Of a DNA stretch of 64,000 bases, positions 29,184 to 43,616 are shown piece by piece (positions within the stretch are counted from its first letter, which is position 1; the number at the start of each line of letters is the position of its first letter). This DNA is from the human T2T-CHM13v2.0 reference genome, Homo sapiens. The stretch lies in NCBI RefSeq assembly GCF_009914755.1, contig NC_060925.1; one strand, written 5' to 3'. The notes below the pieces were generated by a model, which was not told the DNA's origin, searched no databases, and was given only the letters and a program-made list of their open reading frames with translations. Both the position numbers and the translations under genes were made by a program.

Positions 29184-29669
29184 CTAGGAAAGACAGACAG
29201 CCTTGAGATTTTCTCATCTAACCCTCAGTGATAACAGTCTGATGAGACAAAGAGGAAGACTGTCCCATGTATTTTTCTAAGGCAATTAAGTGGTTACTCT
29301 AAGGAAAAGAAATCTGGCATATAATAGGAAGCCAGTTTTAAAAAAGTTTTCTACTACCTTTTCTCTATAAAAAAAGGAAAGAACATACAAGTGCTTTAAG
29401 CTGTTATACATGATACCTTTTGAAATTCCAGGAAAACAACAGAAGTATATAACAAGGGAAACCATGACTCCAAAAGCATGCCACACTGAAGCCTGTAAGA
29501 GGTGCAATGATGATGCATGCCAAGTTCCCATCCTGACAGCAACCTTGGAAAGATAAACCTAGGCTATTTTAGAGAGGCAGAGGAAGAAAATCAGGGTCTG
29601 AACCAAGTGCTAAGTCAAGTCATAAAGAGGAAGGTATGTAATAATTTTGGGGTGATTATATAACACAAT

Positions 29670-29880
29670 GAGAGCTAATATTTACTGAGTACTTACTATG
29701 TACTAGGCTCTGTTCTCAGCACCTGACACATACTAACTCATTTAATCCTTAAACCCTGGAAGTGGGGTCCTACCTCCATTTTATAGTTACAGAAACTGAG
29801 GTTAAGCAGCTTCTCTAAGGTCACAGAGCTATGTAGCAGAGCTGGGATCTGAACCCAAATAGTCTACCAGTAGCTCTGCT
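29670..29880 (-). mobile_element. MIR
   Basis: tttactgagtacttactatg...ccattttatag..agaaactgagg...aaggtcacagagc. Confidence 0.75.
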
Positions 29881-30766
29881 GACTCCACACAATGAAAAAT
29901 CAAACCCACCTCCTCTGGAGGGGAATGGGCCACCCTAATGTGCAGCATCTACTTTCAGGTCACCAAGGTTAAACTAGGCTTTTCAAGGCAAGAAGAGAAA
30001 ACCTCCCTAGGCAGCCTTCATGGCCACGTGTTGCTGTGGTACATGAGCCTTATTCTGCCTCTTGGAATAACAGCAATACTTCCATCCTGTGTGCAGAACA
30101 GCTCTGTAAGTCTTACTATTCAAGTAGTGTCAACCTGTGTTCTCCCTTCAGTAGCAATGCCTGAGAGTTCAAAAAAAGGCGATCTGTCTCTGTGAAAGTC
30201 AACACTATAACCCATGTGAGTGCCTCTCTTGGCCTAAATATGACATGCCCTGGTTCAGTCACTGGGATACATGGGCTAGGAAGATCCAGTATCAGCAGAT
30301 ACAGAGAAAAGGCACCATGTGGAAATCGAAGAGTGTGTGTACTAAAGAAGCTTCTTGAGAAATAACTTTCTGCCCTGTGAGCAAGAGCATAGCTGTCTTA
30401 ATCCAAGAAATGACAATTACTTCCCAATACAGAAGGTTTTATCTAAGTCTAGACCTTTGTGTAAGAATAGTTAAAATGGGCATGAGAAGCCTGGAGGTCC
30501 CCTCACTCAGCTTCCCCTCCCTAGGCAGGCTGTTGAGGAACTTCCACAGACCCCTATGGCTCCACTGGGCTAATTTAGAAATAATCTTTGTCAACATGCT
30601 TAGAACTGTTGTTTCACTTTTGTCCTTTGGTCATGAATGGAGGGGCCAAGAGGATGTATTAGGCCTCTAGGGATGTGCTGCCTTACTCCATTCCAGGAAC
30701 CGAAGGCAGCAACTGAGCTTCAGCCTTACAACCTGCTGCCCCTCCCGAGGCCTAAAAAGCCCGTAC

Positions 30767-30960
30767 TTGTTTTTCAACTCCACGATGGCCTGCACGGTTC
30801 GGTTGTTATAATACAGGTTGATGGTCCGCACCATCTTGGTCCGTTTCAGATCCCCGATTTTCACTGTCACTTTGCTGATGGTGTGACTGCCAATGAGCTT
30901 CACAACCTGCTGGGTGGTGGTGTACCGCGTGTCCACTTTAATGGAAGACAGCTTGATATA
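30767..30960 (-). CDS. UBR4: UBR4 exon, 194 nt (YIKLSSIK...ELKN)
   Basis: tag|...|gtacg, phase 0-2. Confidence 0.95.
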
Positions 30961-31070
30961 CTAAATACAAGAGTTCACAAAACATGGTATTAGTTCAAGA
31001 CTCGTACTGCCTTTTTAAAAATTCATCAGTGTAACCCACTCTTCATCCACAAGATGAAGTTTCTATTTAA

Positions 31071-31223
<153 letters not shown>

Positions 31224-31368
31224 TAATAAATGTGGCAGATAAAAATTCCTACTATCGGTGACCAACCATTAGGAGAGGAACATCTATGTGATAATGATCC
31301 ATCTCTGGAAACAAGAATCCCACTGGACCTATTGGCCTCAGGACTGTCCATGTACAGATGTTACTTAC

Positions 31369-31456
31369 ACAGAACGGTACTTCCGGGTTATTACACACCA
31401 GGCAGGGATCGCTCTCCAGGTAATAGCCATCAAACTCCACTAAGCCAGACAAAGTG
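31369..31456 (-). CDS. UBR4: UBR4 exon, 88 nt (TLSGLVEF...CLVCNNPEVPFC)
   Basis: tag|...|gtaag, phase 2-0. Confidence 0.95.
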
Positions 31457-31964
31457 CTAAGGAAGAAACCAGTCTTAGCATGAACACATTTTCATCTTAG
31501 GAAGCACTGAGTTTCACAAAAAAATCATGACAAAGCCATGGCTCAATGTGAGCCAAAGTGAGCCCAAAGTGAGCCCCACCCTAGTGAGAACTCAAGGACA
31601 CAGAAGAAATCCCAATAGGGTTACGAAGCCACAGGAAAGAAATTTCAACTAACTGACCTTAGATGTTTCCTAATCTTTGATCTATCCTTCAGAGGAATTC
31701 TAAAAAGTAGTAAAATTTGACTCAAGAGTCACAATTAAATTTACTAAAAATCATTGAACTGTACATTTAAAATAGGTTAATACATAAATTATCTCAATAA
31801 AGTTTTTTTAAATTTTTTTTAAAGAACAGTCACTACTAAACCAGAGAAATAATAAACTGTCAATTTAACCAATATCCTCTTTTAGAAGTTTTTTTAAAAA
31901 AAGGAAGACATTTTCTTTAAATTTGTTTCACCTTATTTAACTTAAACCCTTGAAACTAAAGACC

Positions 31965-32185
31965 TTTTTTTTTTTTTTTTTTTGAGACAGGGTCTCACTC
32001 TGTCACCCAGGCTGGAGTGCAGTGGCGTGGATCACAGTTCATTGCACCCTCGAACTTCTGGCCCCAAGCCATCCTCCTGCCTCAGCCTCCCCAGCAGCTG
32101 GGACCACAGGTACACGCCACCACGCCTGGCTAACTTTTTTAAATTTTTTTTTAAGAGATGAAGTCTCACTATGTTGCCCAGGCTA
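31965..32185 (-). mobile_element. 5'-truncated AluJ
   Basis: Poly(T), right arm, part of left arm; flanking agaccttt repeats. Confidence 0.88.
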
Positions 32186-32417
32186 TACAGACCTTTCTAC
32201 ATTACTACTCACCAAACCCTGAACTCAGCAATGACATTTTGAGTACCTTCTATTTGCAAGACCCTGGCCTACATGGAGGGGATTGGAATCTCAACTAGGC
32301 AGATTCGCTCTTCTCTCAGGCGCTTGTCAATTCCTATGTAAGAGCCTATCACCATGCAAATAACTCCTCAGAATGCTGACTGAGCTTCCCACAGGTAGAA
32401 AGCAAAACAAAGCTCAC

Positions 32418-32503
32418 TTATAAATGTTCGAGTTGGGGTGGTTGGTAAGAATATGGTTTTGAGTCCGCAGAATCTCCACAGCCTTCTGTGAATACTCCTT
32501 CAA
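32418..32503 (-). CDS. UBR4: UBR4 exon, 86 nt (LKEYSQKA...HPNSNIY)
   Basis: cag|...|gtgag, phase 0-2. Confidence 0.95.
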
Positions 32504-33102
32504 CTGAAACAGAATTCAGTAAAGAAACAACTTAAAGCCCAAGGTGAAGTCTTATTGGAAAAGACTTTTGTCTTCTGCATTCTAGCTGAATACTGCCCTA
32601 GACCTACCAGACTTCTCAGTCAGAATCATACAAAGCTGGGCCTAATTTCAATCATTTAAATGGATTCTATCTCCTTTAGAAGTTTCCATGAGCTTTAGTG
32701 ATAGGTAGTACCCTTTTCTGACCTGATGGAGGAAGATCATTTTTATTTTTATGGAGAAGCCATAAAATGGTTAGCTAATTGCAGAAACATTTTCTGGTAT
32801 GTATAATCAGGGCTACTAGCAAAACAAGGAGCACTTGCTTTTCCAAGGAACTGTAATGAGTTCTATCTTCTTTCCCCACCTGACCTTGACCTACGTCCTA
32901 TGTTAAGTTAGATTTGTTAGTGTATACTGTCTACATCACAGACATATTACGAGTGCTTACCAAGAAATGCAAAACTAGATATATTTAAAAGAGGTTTCCT
33001 ATATGGACTCCCTATATCTGGGTTGTTCATAATATTCTTAACTCAAGAGAAAAAAGGTTAAATATGGCAAGTTGGCCCCTCTGACCATAAAGCAACTGTT
33101 AC

Positions 33103-33247
33103 CTTCTTCTCTGTTTGTGGAGTTTTCAGGGAGAAATATCCTAGTAGGTCCACAAACTGGGCAGCCTTACGACCATAGGCTGGGAGTTCTGGCCAGATGG
33201 ACCACATCAGATCTAGCAGGAGCTCCTGTTGAGATTTGCTGGAATTT
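33103..33247 (-). CDS. UBR4: UBR4 exon, 145 nt (NSSKSQQE...QTEKK)
   Basis: cag|...|gtaac, phase 2-0. Confidence 0.95.
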
Positions 33248-33725
33248 CTGTGGATATATGACAGCTCATGTTACCAAGCAGCAGAAAACCCTGAGGCACC
33301 TGTGTTTATCATTGAGGCTCTGGTACCTCAATTTCCCCACAATTATGGGTTAAGTTTGAACGGTTTTGTTTCACTTTTGACAATCAATCCTACCAGATGC
33401 AGCATAGTCATTTGCTGCCTCTACCCATCACCCAACATACCCCAGAGCAGAAGCTGAGCTTTTTTAGCCTGAAGGGTCAAGCTTGGTCATGTTACAAACC
33501 CCGATACATAGCCTTCTGAGTAGAAAACAGATCGTCTCCTGCCTATGACGTCAGTTTAATGGCTAAAAAGCAGACAACAATAAAGAAATCTCTAAAGCAC
33601 AAGAGGATTCAGGCTGGCGTAACTACTGACTCTGTGACCATATGTAACCGAAAACAAAATAGAACTGCATTACGCACCCTGGCCTCACACCCTTGCAGAT
33701 CTGTCAAACCAAGCCCTGGCCCTAC

Positions 33726-33894
33726 CTGTAGATGTGCAGTGTCAGACAGTGGGCCTGCCAGCGCACCGAGGAAGAATTGGACTCTAACAGGAAACAACGC
33801 AGGAACTGGATCAGGGTTTCCTTATCGGCAAATTTGTTCAGCTGGTTCACCAGAGCTGTGCACAGCTGGTCCTCCTGGCTGCCAGAGGTCTCAC
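33726..33894 (-). CDS. UBR4: UBR4 exon, 169 nt (GETSGSQE...TLHIY)
   Basis: cag|...|gtagg, phase 1-2. Confidence 0.95.
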
Positions 33895-34734
33895 CTGCAA
33901 GATTAGGACAGGACTAAGGGCTGAAGAGTAGGAAGAAGTCCTCCAGGGTCCTAAGGCCTGGGCTACCAAATGGTGAGGGAGGGAATTCTGTCCATTTCTA
34001 AAAGTTTCTACTGAATGCTGATATTCTGCAAAACAATTTTTAGTTGTTTACTGGGGGACAAATAGGTCAGCCCCAAATGAGACATATGTGTAACGTTGGT
34101 GATGCAGTGGTGAGCACAGCTGCCTTCCAGACAAGACATACAATAATGACACTAAAAACCACAGGATAAAGTGCTATGTAAGCTGGCACTGAACAAATAC
34201 AGTGACACTGGAGGAGGAGGAACTTCCTTTCAAGGGCTTGCAATAGGCCTACACAGAGATGTCTGATCATTAACTGGGGGAATGTGAACCACCACCATGG
34301 CTCTCAACCCTGACCACTGATCTCAGGTCTCCAAGGACCATGGAAAGCAGTGCAGCTGATGGTGAGGGTCAGCTAAGAGAGCTAACATTTACTGAGCATT
34401 TACCAATGTACTCAGTGTCATTTCACTGAACTCTGATGGGAGCTCCATAGAGAAGGTGTTATTATTTCACAGAATAAGAAATTTGGTCTACTAAAAATGT
34501 TCAGTGCACTTTGACTTTTCTTATTACTGTCACTTGGTATGAGAAGTCACGCTGTTTAAGGTGTCACTTCAGTATAATTGAAAATGAGACCAAAAGTAGA
34601 CACTAGAGAACATTTGGGCTTTAAGTCCCCTCTAAATCAGGATTAAAAGACCTTTTACAACAGGACAAACCATGTGCTCCAAGAGAGATTTACATACATC
34701 ATTGTAGTCACAATGACAAGAGGGTGACCCTTAC

Positions 34735-34980
34735 CATCTTTCTCCTTTTCTTTTTCTTCTTTCTTGCTCTTTTTAGTGGAAGACTTGGACTGTGTTGTGG
34801 CTTGTCCAGAACTGGCAGCCACAGGGGCTGAGGAGGAAGAAGCACTGGAGGATCCCGAAGAGGCTGCCAGCGCAGCGAGCACCTTGCTGCCGCAGAGAGC
34901 ACAGGAGAGCAGTTGCAGCAGCACTGGGGACACGCCCTCATCCACAAGGAAACTGACTTGGAGGAGGAAGTACAGGACGG
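34735..34980 (-). CDS. UBR4: UBR4 exon, 246 nt (SVLYFLLQ...KKEEKEKEKD)
   Basis: cag|...|gtaag, phase 1-1. Confidence 0.95.
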
Positions 34981-35479
34981 CTGCAAGCAGAGGAGACAGA
35001 GGCTCACCTCTGAGACGACCTCAACCAGACTCAGGAGAACCAAAACAACGTCTCCCTACAGCTGAGACTGCCCTGTTCTCACCAGCTTTCTTTGCCATGT
35101 TCTCTCTGCTGGACATTGTGAAGAAGTTATACTTTCTGTGGAAATCTCTGAAAAGTATTTTAACTACACACCGACCAGAGCCCCCTGCTCCTTTGAATAA
35201 GGGGTTCTCTAGACTCCACCTACTCCTCTTTGACTTTACTGCCACTACCTGGAGGTCAGAGACTCCTACTTTGTGCTTCTACAGCTCCCCAAACTTTGAC
35301 GACCAGCCCTCACCACTCTTTTAGATTTTTACTTGTCTTCTTTGCTAGACAGAGTTCTGTCTAGTCTATCTTGTTCATAGCTATATCTCCAGCATCCAGT
35401 TCAGTGCTTGGCATATAGTAGGCCTTAACAGTTCCTGAATGAATGAATAACAGCAATCAAAAGGAGCAGCATTGCTTAC

Positions 35480-35558
35480 AGTCATCTTTGATGCAGAATT
35501 TCTGCCAGTTGATGGTTCGCTGGGCGGCAATCTCTGCACAGGCTTTCAGGTGCTCCAT
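35480..35558 (-). CDS. UBR4: UBR4 exon, 79 nt (MEHLKACA...CIKDD)
   Basis: cag|...|gtaag, phase 0-1. Confidence 0.95.
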
Positions 35559-36378
35559 CTGAAATAGGAACCAACCACGGGAAAGGAGTAACTCCACCAC
35601 ATTGCCCAGACAAGCACCACACCTGCTGCCTGGAGCCATCTCCCTGACTTTGGACTACAGCTGAACATGATCTTCTGAGCAAGGCAGATGCTTGCTGAGA
35701 TGTCTGGTCAACCTGGGACCATGACCCACACACTGCTGCAACCGCTGCAGCTCTTACCGAACCTGCCTTTGTTCTACCCCATCCCCACGCAAGGCGCTGT
35801 TTTCAGGAACCTTCAGACTACTCAATAAGGCAACAGCAAAAGGTAGACCATGACCTAAGAAACTACAATCCAGTTTACTTTTCTTGATATATAACGATAA
35901 GCAAGAACATGAGCCAGCTAGATTAAAGACGTTCTTTCTAGGTTGTTCACATACAAAATACTCAGTTTACTCCTCTAAGTCCAAACAGTTTCTCTTTAGG
36001 CAGCAATACATTTTTCTACTCGAACCTTCATCATTTCTTTAGTATTCAAGGGTAAAAACCAGAGGTGCACAAAGAGATCAGTCCTGACTAGGATGTAAGC
36101 AAATGGCACTGGTAAGAAGCTCGGGCCACTCACCTCACAGTGGAGGAACTGCTGCCAGGTGGGATGAGAGTGCTGAGGGGGACATCCCAGATCCTGAAGC
36201 CAACTACACATGGTACAGCACCCAGACAGGGGTTATGGATTTACCCTCATCTCAGCCCTAACCATGCCATTGTCAACACAGTTAAAAGTCCTGCATTATT
36301 ACCTCCAGCCCTATTACCTACTTGGCTAAGCCTTATCACATCCCCCCTCCCTGCCCTACCAGGTCCCAGCCCTCGTAC

Positions 36379-36606
36379 CAGGCTGATGAGTGTGTCATAT
36401 TGCAAGGCGGAGCCTGAGCTGGCTGTAACCACACTTGCCCGGAGGAATATCCCCTGCTCTTCTAGCAGCTTCTTGATCCCACGCACGTGAGAGTCCAGGG
36501 TGTGCAAATCCCGGAGCTGGCGGTACTTCTCTTTGGATCCACAGATGAAGAGCAGAAGTTTGCGGACTTGACGGCGCACAAATGGAGTCTGCTGGATCAT
36601 GAGGTA
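36379..36606 (-). CDS. UBR4: UBR4 exon, 228 nt (YLMIQQTP...TLISL)
   Basis: aag| acceptor (uncommon), |gtacg donor, phase 0-0. Confidence 0.94.
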
Positions 36607-36702
36607 CTTGAGAAGAAAAACACCACAAAGAGTAAATGACTCTGGGACTGTATCTATATCAACTGTGGCTCTCACACCCTGGGTTTTAATAAACTGTTAT
36701 TA

Positions 36703-37015
<313 letters not shown>

Positions 37016-38087
37016 CAAAGGCTGGGGAGAAACACAAACCAAGCTATTTCCTCTTGACCAAACCAGCCTCTCTTAAACTTAAATATCCTTTAATGAGACC
37101 AGGAGAAAGAAAGGGAGAGAAAGAAATCAAAGAGGAAAATACCAATATTCATGCATCTCTTCCTTGTGCCCTTAGGAATCTACAGGCAAGCTGGACTCCA
37201 CTTCAGCCCACCCAAAGGGAAACTATCAAGAAAAAAACCATTCCAAATCTCTTTTTCAGGTAAAAGAGCTAAAGAGAAGATTGGGTTGGTACAACTATGT
37301 AACTCAAAATCCTCATCTGAGGTTTGCTAACAGATTATTCTTCCCAGAGTTAATCTATCTCAGGGTTGCTGTCTGGTTACTAAGGTTATTAAAGCCATTG
37401 TCTCTCAGTTCCCAACCCACCCCTACTGACACTGCCCAGTGATGCTGAGGCCAGAATTATGCCAATGCACTACTTCTTTGCCAGCTGGCTCCCTCTTAGG
37501 TTCTGCCAACAGGGAGGGACACTGGCAGCAGGAGGAAGAAGGGGCTTGCTTCTTCCCATCTGCCTGCAGTCCTAGCAACAGCCCTGCACCCTGGCAGCCA
37601 CAGTGAGTTCTAATCATCAGCTTCTCTCACTGCTCCCAGCATCAACCGCATCACATCCCCTCAGGGAACCCACTTCCTGATAACTGCTTCAGGCAGTTAC
37701 TATCCCTGTGTTACCTCATGTTTCCTTTTTATCTTTTTTGTTGTCCAACAGCATTTACCCAATTTCCCATATTGAAATCTCTCTATTAAGATAACTAGTA
37801 TACTTTGTTTTTCTGACAGAACCTAAATTATTAAACTTGCCCATTATCAGCACGTGAGGCGAAGTTCAACACACAGAATCAGAAGGTAAAGTATGGCTTG
37901 TTTGATACACATCTCCCACAGTTCTACCACACAGTATGTTCCAGAAGGGCAAGACCAAGACCTACAAAGGTGAAAGGGACTCTGCAAGGGAAAATACCAA
38001 GTAAGGATGAGGAAGAAAGGGGCCCACAGAGGTGAATGCAGATGTGTCCTCAGCCCAACAAGCATGCAGCTTGGGACTTTCACTTAC

Positions 38088-38237
38088 CTCGGAGAGAAAG
38101 TAAAACCACGAGTGGTCAAAGACAGGAGGTGGGATTCGAGAATTGGTGTCAGTAATCTTTTTGATTTGGTAAGGAAGCCTCAGTACCATTTCTGTTAGAA
38201 GCTGAGTATAGGCCTCAAACACATCAGCAGCATGACC
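38088..38237 (-). CDS. UBR4: UBR4 exon, 150 nt (GHAADVFE...YFLSE)
   Basis: cag|...|gtaag, phase 0-0. Confidence 0.95.
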
Positions 38238-39389
38238 CTGGGAGAAGAAAATTTGCATGAGAACCTGTGACTATCGATTTTCCATGACCACAATTAGGAA
38301 AAAGCCTGGCTCATTAGACGTATTACATGTTGGAGGTGGTAAAGGGTGCCTTTCAGAGCTGGAATCAAGACTGACTGACAGTTTATTCTATAAACCCAGA
38401 AGGCCCAGGCTTCTGCGGCCAATTTAATTACATGCAAAGGTTACAGTGGAGGCAGACCTCACTTCCTAAAAGTCCTAATATTTCACTCTATGGTTTTTGA
38501 CATTGGGTTGATTGTACTCTGCCTACATAAAGATGAGTGCTAGAAAGGCCAAAAAAATTGGAAAAAAAAAAGAAAAAGGGAGTAAGGATCTCTGACTTCT
38601 ATGAGATGTATTCTATCCCTAGAACCAAAATTTCCCATGATAACAAGAAATTGTTAAATAAACCAAGGTGGGCAAGATCACTAAACTCAGCCAAGATTCC
38701 TGGCTTCATGTAACACAAAAAGGCAGAGGTAAATGAGAGATGTGAGGACAGTGGAAACAACAGCTATCCTGCAAGCTGTGTGGTCCCATAAAAAGAATCT
38801 GTAAGAGTTTGAGGGCACAACGTGTCTCACATATTCAACTCCCAGTTATTCATCAGTTCTGTATCAAGCACTGGAGTTGTAAACAGGAATAAAATATGGT
38901 TTCTGCTGAGAGTGTAGAGGGGAAGACAGGTGAAGGAGCACACAGGGTGCTCCGGGAACCCAGGACAAGGCTCTCTTGAGCAGACTTGATGGCAGGGAGT
39001 ATATGTTAGGGAAGTTTTCCCAAGGATCCAAAGCTCGTGCTGGATCTTGAAGATGGGCTAGGAATTCGCTAGACAGGAGAAGAAAGGGGAGCAGAGGGAG
39101 AGGAAAGAATTCCAGAAGGGACAGCATGAACAAAGGCAACACGCCACACCTTGGGAAATGTGCAGGCTGGCAGGGCTGCGTGTAGGGTGTTATAGGTGAC
39201 AAAGCTAGAGTCAAGCAGGTGGCTGGGTCCTCCAGAACTCTTTGGCCTGTAAGTTATGGAAAACCACCAAAGAGTCATGAAAAAAGAGCAAGACAACGAT
39301 CAGATCCACACTCTATGCCTATCGTATTCCTACCCTACTCAAAGCTATTCTGAGGGGGCAGTGAGGAAGAGACTGGTGATATCAGTTAA

Positions 39390-39630
39390 TACGGACTGGG
39401 CATTGATACATGCTAGGCATTGTGCTAAGTCCTTTACAAAGGGCACCTCATTCAATGCTCACAACAGCCCTGTAAAGCAGATACCATCTGTATGCTCATT
39501 TTCCAGCTGTAGAAGCTGAAGGTTAGGGAGGTTAGACAGACAGAACTTCTCCATGCTTCAAGACTGGTAAGTAAGAACACAAGATGGGACTTATCCCAGA
39601 TCAATCTGATCAGAAGGCCCATCTTCTTAA
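39390..39630 (-). mobile_element. MIR
   Basis: ctaggcattgtgctaag...ctcattcaatgctcacaacagccctg core. Confidence 0.65.
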
Positions 39631-39992
39631 TAAGTACGTTAAAGGGCCTCTCAGTGGTGACAGCACAGGGAATATCTGACACACATGTCATGACCCACAA
39701 CTCATGACATTAGCTTGTACCTTCTCATCTTTTTCTAAACTTAATGTGAAACGAGATAACCATGATCTCATTCAATTCCTCCAATTTACAAAGAGGCAGG
39801 AATGAGAATCCCACAGAAGGTTGGGAGAAGTGGTCATTTATTCAATCACGCCGAGATTAACCCCCACCAAGGAATGCCGGCTCCTTCCTATGGCTCTTCA
39901 CCCTCAGCCCCTTGAGCTCTCTGCACCGCGAGGAAAGAGAAGAGTGCTCTGAACAAAGGACGAGTGTTTCTTTGATGAGGGAAAGATCTCAC

Positions 39993-40202
39993 CTTCACAT
40001 ACTGGCGGAGAAAGAATGGGCTCATGTCAGGTGGGGAGGAGGTAGTATGTGGTTTCAGCAACTGGCTGGTAGCCACAGGCTCCTCGTCATTCTGTTGGCT
40101 CTTCCAATATTCCAGCAGTGATTTGAGCACGTGCAGGCAGTAGTCCACAGCCCCAGAGCTCAGTAGAGCTGCTGCTGTGGCACTGGAGATGAGGGAAGAT
40201 GA
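39993..40202 (-). CDS. UBR4: UBR4 exon, 210 nt (SSSLISSA...RQYVK)
   Basis: cag|...|gtgag, phase 0-0. Confidence 0.95.
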
Positions 40203-41169
40203 CTGGGAGACAGAGAAAATACAGAGATGGGAAGAATGGCTTGTAAAAACAATGTGAAATCCAGGTGGGTGTTGGGGATGGGAAACACACTCACAACAGT
40301 CTTAGCTTTTATGGCAGTGAGTGAATCAGGCTCTTGCACTGAAACTTCCCCAAGGAAGTTTGTGAGGTTTTTCAGAACTTTTTTGAACAACCACATGGTA
40401 AGACAAACAAAGAAACACATCTGTTCTCAACTCTAACCTTGCTACACGCACATATGCCAGAAGCCAGGGAGGCAAGGATTAAATAACCTTTCCCCCTGGA
40501 GGGGACGCGTTTCCTCTTTTATCTTGAGCAACTAGAAAAGAAGCCCAATTCAAGAAGGAGAGAGAAAACTTTCCATTATAGGCACTTCTGAACGACCCCA
40601 CCCCACCCCCTGTAGAGTCTTCCATAGAACCAGCTTCCAAAGGAGTTGGGGGTGAGTGATCACATGCATAAAAAAGGAGAAAAGCTACTGTAAATAAGAC
40701 CATTAGAAGAGCCTTGCAAATCCCAGCAAACCCCACAGCTCCCTAAGCTCATTAAGATTGGATGCAGTTCAGCCTCAATTTCTACCTTCTCTGCTTTATG
40801 CTAATCTCCTTTCACCACACACACATTGCTTTCTCTCTGCTTTATTACCATACCTTATAGCAACATACACTAGGGGAATCCTCTTAGCCACTCTGTGCCT
40901 TGCAGAAGAGAGCCCTGCTCTTCAATAATGGAACTTCCAAACCCTTTTACCCCTCCATTGGAGGGATTGTTACCAAAGACCAGAGCTTGGAAGGGATTCG
41001 GGAAAAGGTGGAGGTTCTGCTCTTGAAAAGGTGACAGCTTAGAATCTTACTCCCCTCAGGGAACAATGGCTTTATTCTTACAGAGGACTACCACCTCTGT
41101 GCTGGCCCTAGCACTACCCAGACAATCCGCTTACCTTTCCCCAAACCCATGAACCCAAAGCAAAAATAC

Positions 41170-41286
41170 CTCACATATGGAAGACTTGGATCCAGATTTG
41201 GTGCGGGACATGAAGACACTCAGGAGTCTCATTACTACCAGATGGACTTCATTCAGGGCGCTGCGCTCATTCTTCTTGGAGACATC
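41170..41286 (-). CDS. UBR4: UBR4 exon, 117 nt (DVSKKNER...SSICE)
   Basis: cag|...|gtatt, phase 0-0. Confidence 0.95.
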
Positions 41287-41757
41287 CTGCAGGCCAAAGC
41301 GTAAGTCCAGAAACCTCTACTTACTCGATGCTTGAGGCATCCTCTGAACAAGATCCCTTCAAGTCAAGCCCATCAGCCCTAAAATGTTCCTCAGATTGAA
41401 TCAGACACAAAACAACCCCCAGTATATCCATGGACTATACTTGGGGTACCTAGAGCCCGATACACTTAAGAGGCCATATTAAGATACGAACAACTAATTT
41501 AATGTTCTCACCTCACTGAGCACAAAAGGGCCATGAGGGTAAGAACTTCATCTTTGCCCTCAACTATGCTCAGGGTCCAAAACTATGCTCGGGCCAAAGC
41601 AGGCCCTGAATACGCTTTTGTTGACTCAACAGAATGCAGCCCTCAGTGGATGGTTACCCCTTGAAACGAGGTGAAGTTCCTCTATGAAACGAATGGGAAC
41701 CTGAGAAAGGATCTCAGCCAATCCTGTTTCTCACACAGTCTGCCTCTCAGATTTTAC

Positions 41758-41865
41758 CTTTTTATCCATACCCAACTCAGCAATAAGCTGGGAGAGCAGG
41801 TTGTCTAGGGCCCCCTTGTCTTTCTCATCTTCTCCATCCAGATCTGTAGTGAGCATTAGAATGAC
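41758..41865 (-). CDS. UBR4: UBR4 exon, 108 nt (VILMLTTD...GMDKK)
   Basis: tag|...|gtaaa, phase 0-0. Confidence 0.95.
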
Positions 41866-42524
41866 CTAGAAGTCAAAGACAGAAAACACAAAACCCAATT
41901 TCCTAAAGAAGAACGACTTGAAATACGGGGTGTTTCAGAAGAAATCCTAATCTTCCTGACATCCCTATCAATCATAACTGTAATCCATTATAGCGTTCTA
42001 AATTCCAGGTATCCAAAGCTTCAGTGTTCAGAGTCAGAAAAGTCAAATTCTGATATATGCCACACTTGACATTACAAAAAAATGTTTTGTAAAAAGTTTG
42101 TAAAATTAATGGACTAACCTATATTATATCCAAGCAAGTAGCTTGAGAAAGGGTGGTACACCAAACTAAGAATTAAAGAACAGTTTTGCCTCTGAGGAAG
42201 ACAGCTAGTGAGTGGAAGAACAGCTATTGGCCCACACTCTAATATCAACATAAAGACTAGAGACTCAGAATCTCAGAAGTGGGCTTTTGCACTGGCTCTG
42301 TCAATAACTACCTGGATGAACTTGTGCATTTAAAAAATTCTCTGACCCTTAGCTTTCTCATTTATAAAATGAAGAGCTATAATTTGTAGCTCAAAAATTA
42401 GATTTCATTATTCTGTGGCCTAACACCAAACGAAGGCTTCCAGGTCCTCTGGAAGAGAGATGTGGGCATGCTTAAGGACGGTCCAATCATGACCTGACAG
42501 AGATCCAGGTGAGCTAAGAGATAC

Positions 42525-42621
42525 CTGCATGTATGGGATGGCCCGGACACCGCCAACGTTTCGTAATTGAGGCAGGGTCTGCAGTAATCTCTCCAACAGC
42601 ATTAGACGGACCATGTGCAGC
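42525..42621 (-). CDS. UBR4: UBR4 exon, 97 nt (LHMVRLML...IPYMQ)
   Basis: tag|...|gtatc, phase 2-0; follows the 8.9-kb repeat-filled intron. Confidence 0.95.
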
Positions 42622-43616
42622 CTAAAAGGGTGGGGAAAAGATAGAAAATATGAGCTGTACTCCAACAGGACACAGCTGAATACAGTTCCCTCCCCAACCC
42701 CACCCTGCTACCAAGGTCAACAAGAAGCCTAATGCTTAGGAACAATCTCCAGCATTAAAAAAAAAAGTTAAGAACTGCCTAATCGGTATGCCAGTCAGCA
42801 ACACAGAAGGAGAGATCCCACTCTGTTAAAAGAAAGTGAAACTATTCTAAAATACAACTGATGGCACTGAATTAAATCCTACTACAGGGAAGTTCAAAGT
42901 ATTTCCCAAGCCTCCAGGCCCTAGTAGTTCTCAGTTTCAAAACCAAACCTCCAACTGCAAGATTTATGGCTTTTTTCTAATATGTGGCCCTATTCTGCCT
43001 CCAGACATTATTTTCTAGAATTCTGCTATATACAAATTCTATATCACCCAGCTGCACAGTGACCCAGCCCTTTCTTTCTCACGTTTCCCAAATTCTTATA
43101 AAGTCCAGTCACTGCTCTACTCTCTCACACCTTGTCCACCATCTTCCTAATATAATGTTCTGTTTCAATGCCACACTGTCCTACTGGACCCATGAGTTTT
43201 CCCGTATAATCAACTGGCCATTACCTAGCCTTCATCTGCAGATATACAGCTGACCTTCTGTACTAAGTATGTGCCCCTGGATCTCTAGCTAATATGCTGA
43301 TTCAAGAGGATGATGAAAATTAATTAAAGTCCTACTGACAATTTGGTTGCTAGTCTCACCTAATACACAATCTCATACAGATTAAGAATCTAGTTGCTGA
43401 ATAAATCAATGGATTCACTTTCATAATTAGCAAATGGTCCTTGTCTCATTTTTATCTTGAGATTATTTGTAAGAAACCACATACCTATTTTTTTTAATGT
43501 GTGATTGGCATGTGTTACATATCTTAGCAGGTATCCAGAATATTGTCTTTTTCTTTTCTTAAAAACAAAATGTTTTTAAATACAAAAAAGGACCAAAAAA
43601 ATTGTTTTAAAGAAAA

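Noticed and set aside
34764-35324. Longest ORF in the track (186 aa, + strand)
   Set aside because: Starts at a non-ATG codon and is largely the antisense shadow of a UBR4 exon; no recognisable domain.
35345-35364. 9-bp palindrome ctagacaga-gt-tctgtctag
   Set aside because: Short, next to an L2-like remnant, and compatible with chance in 64 kb.
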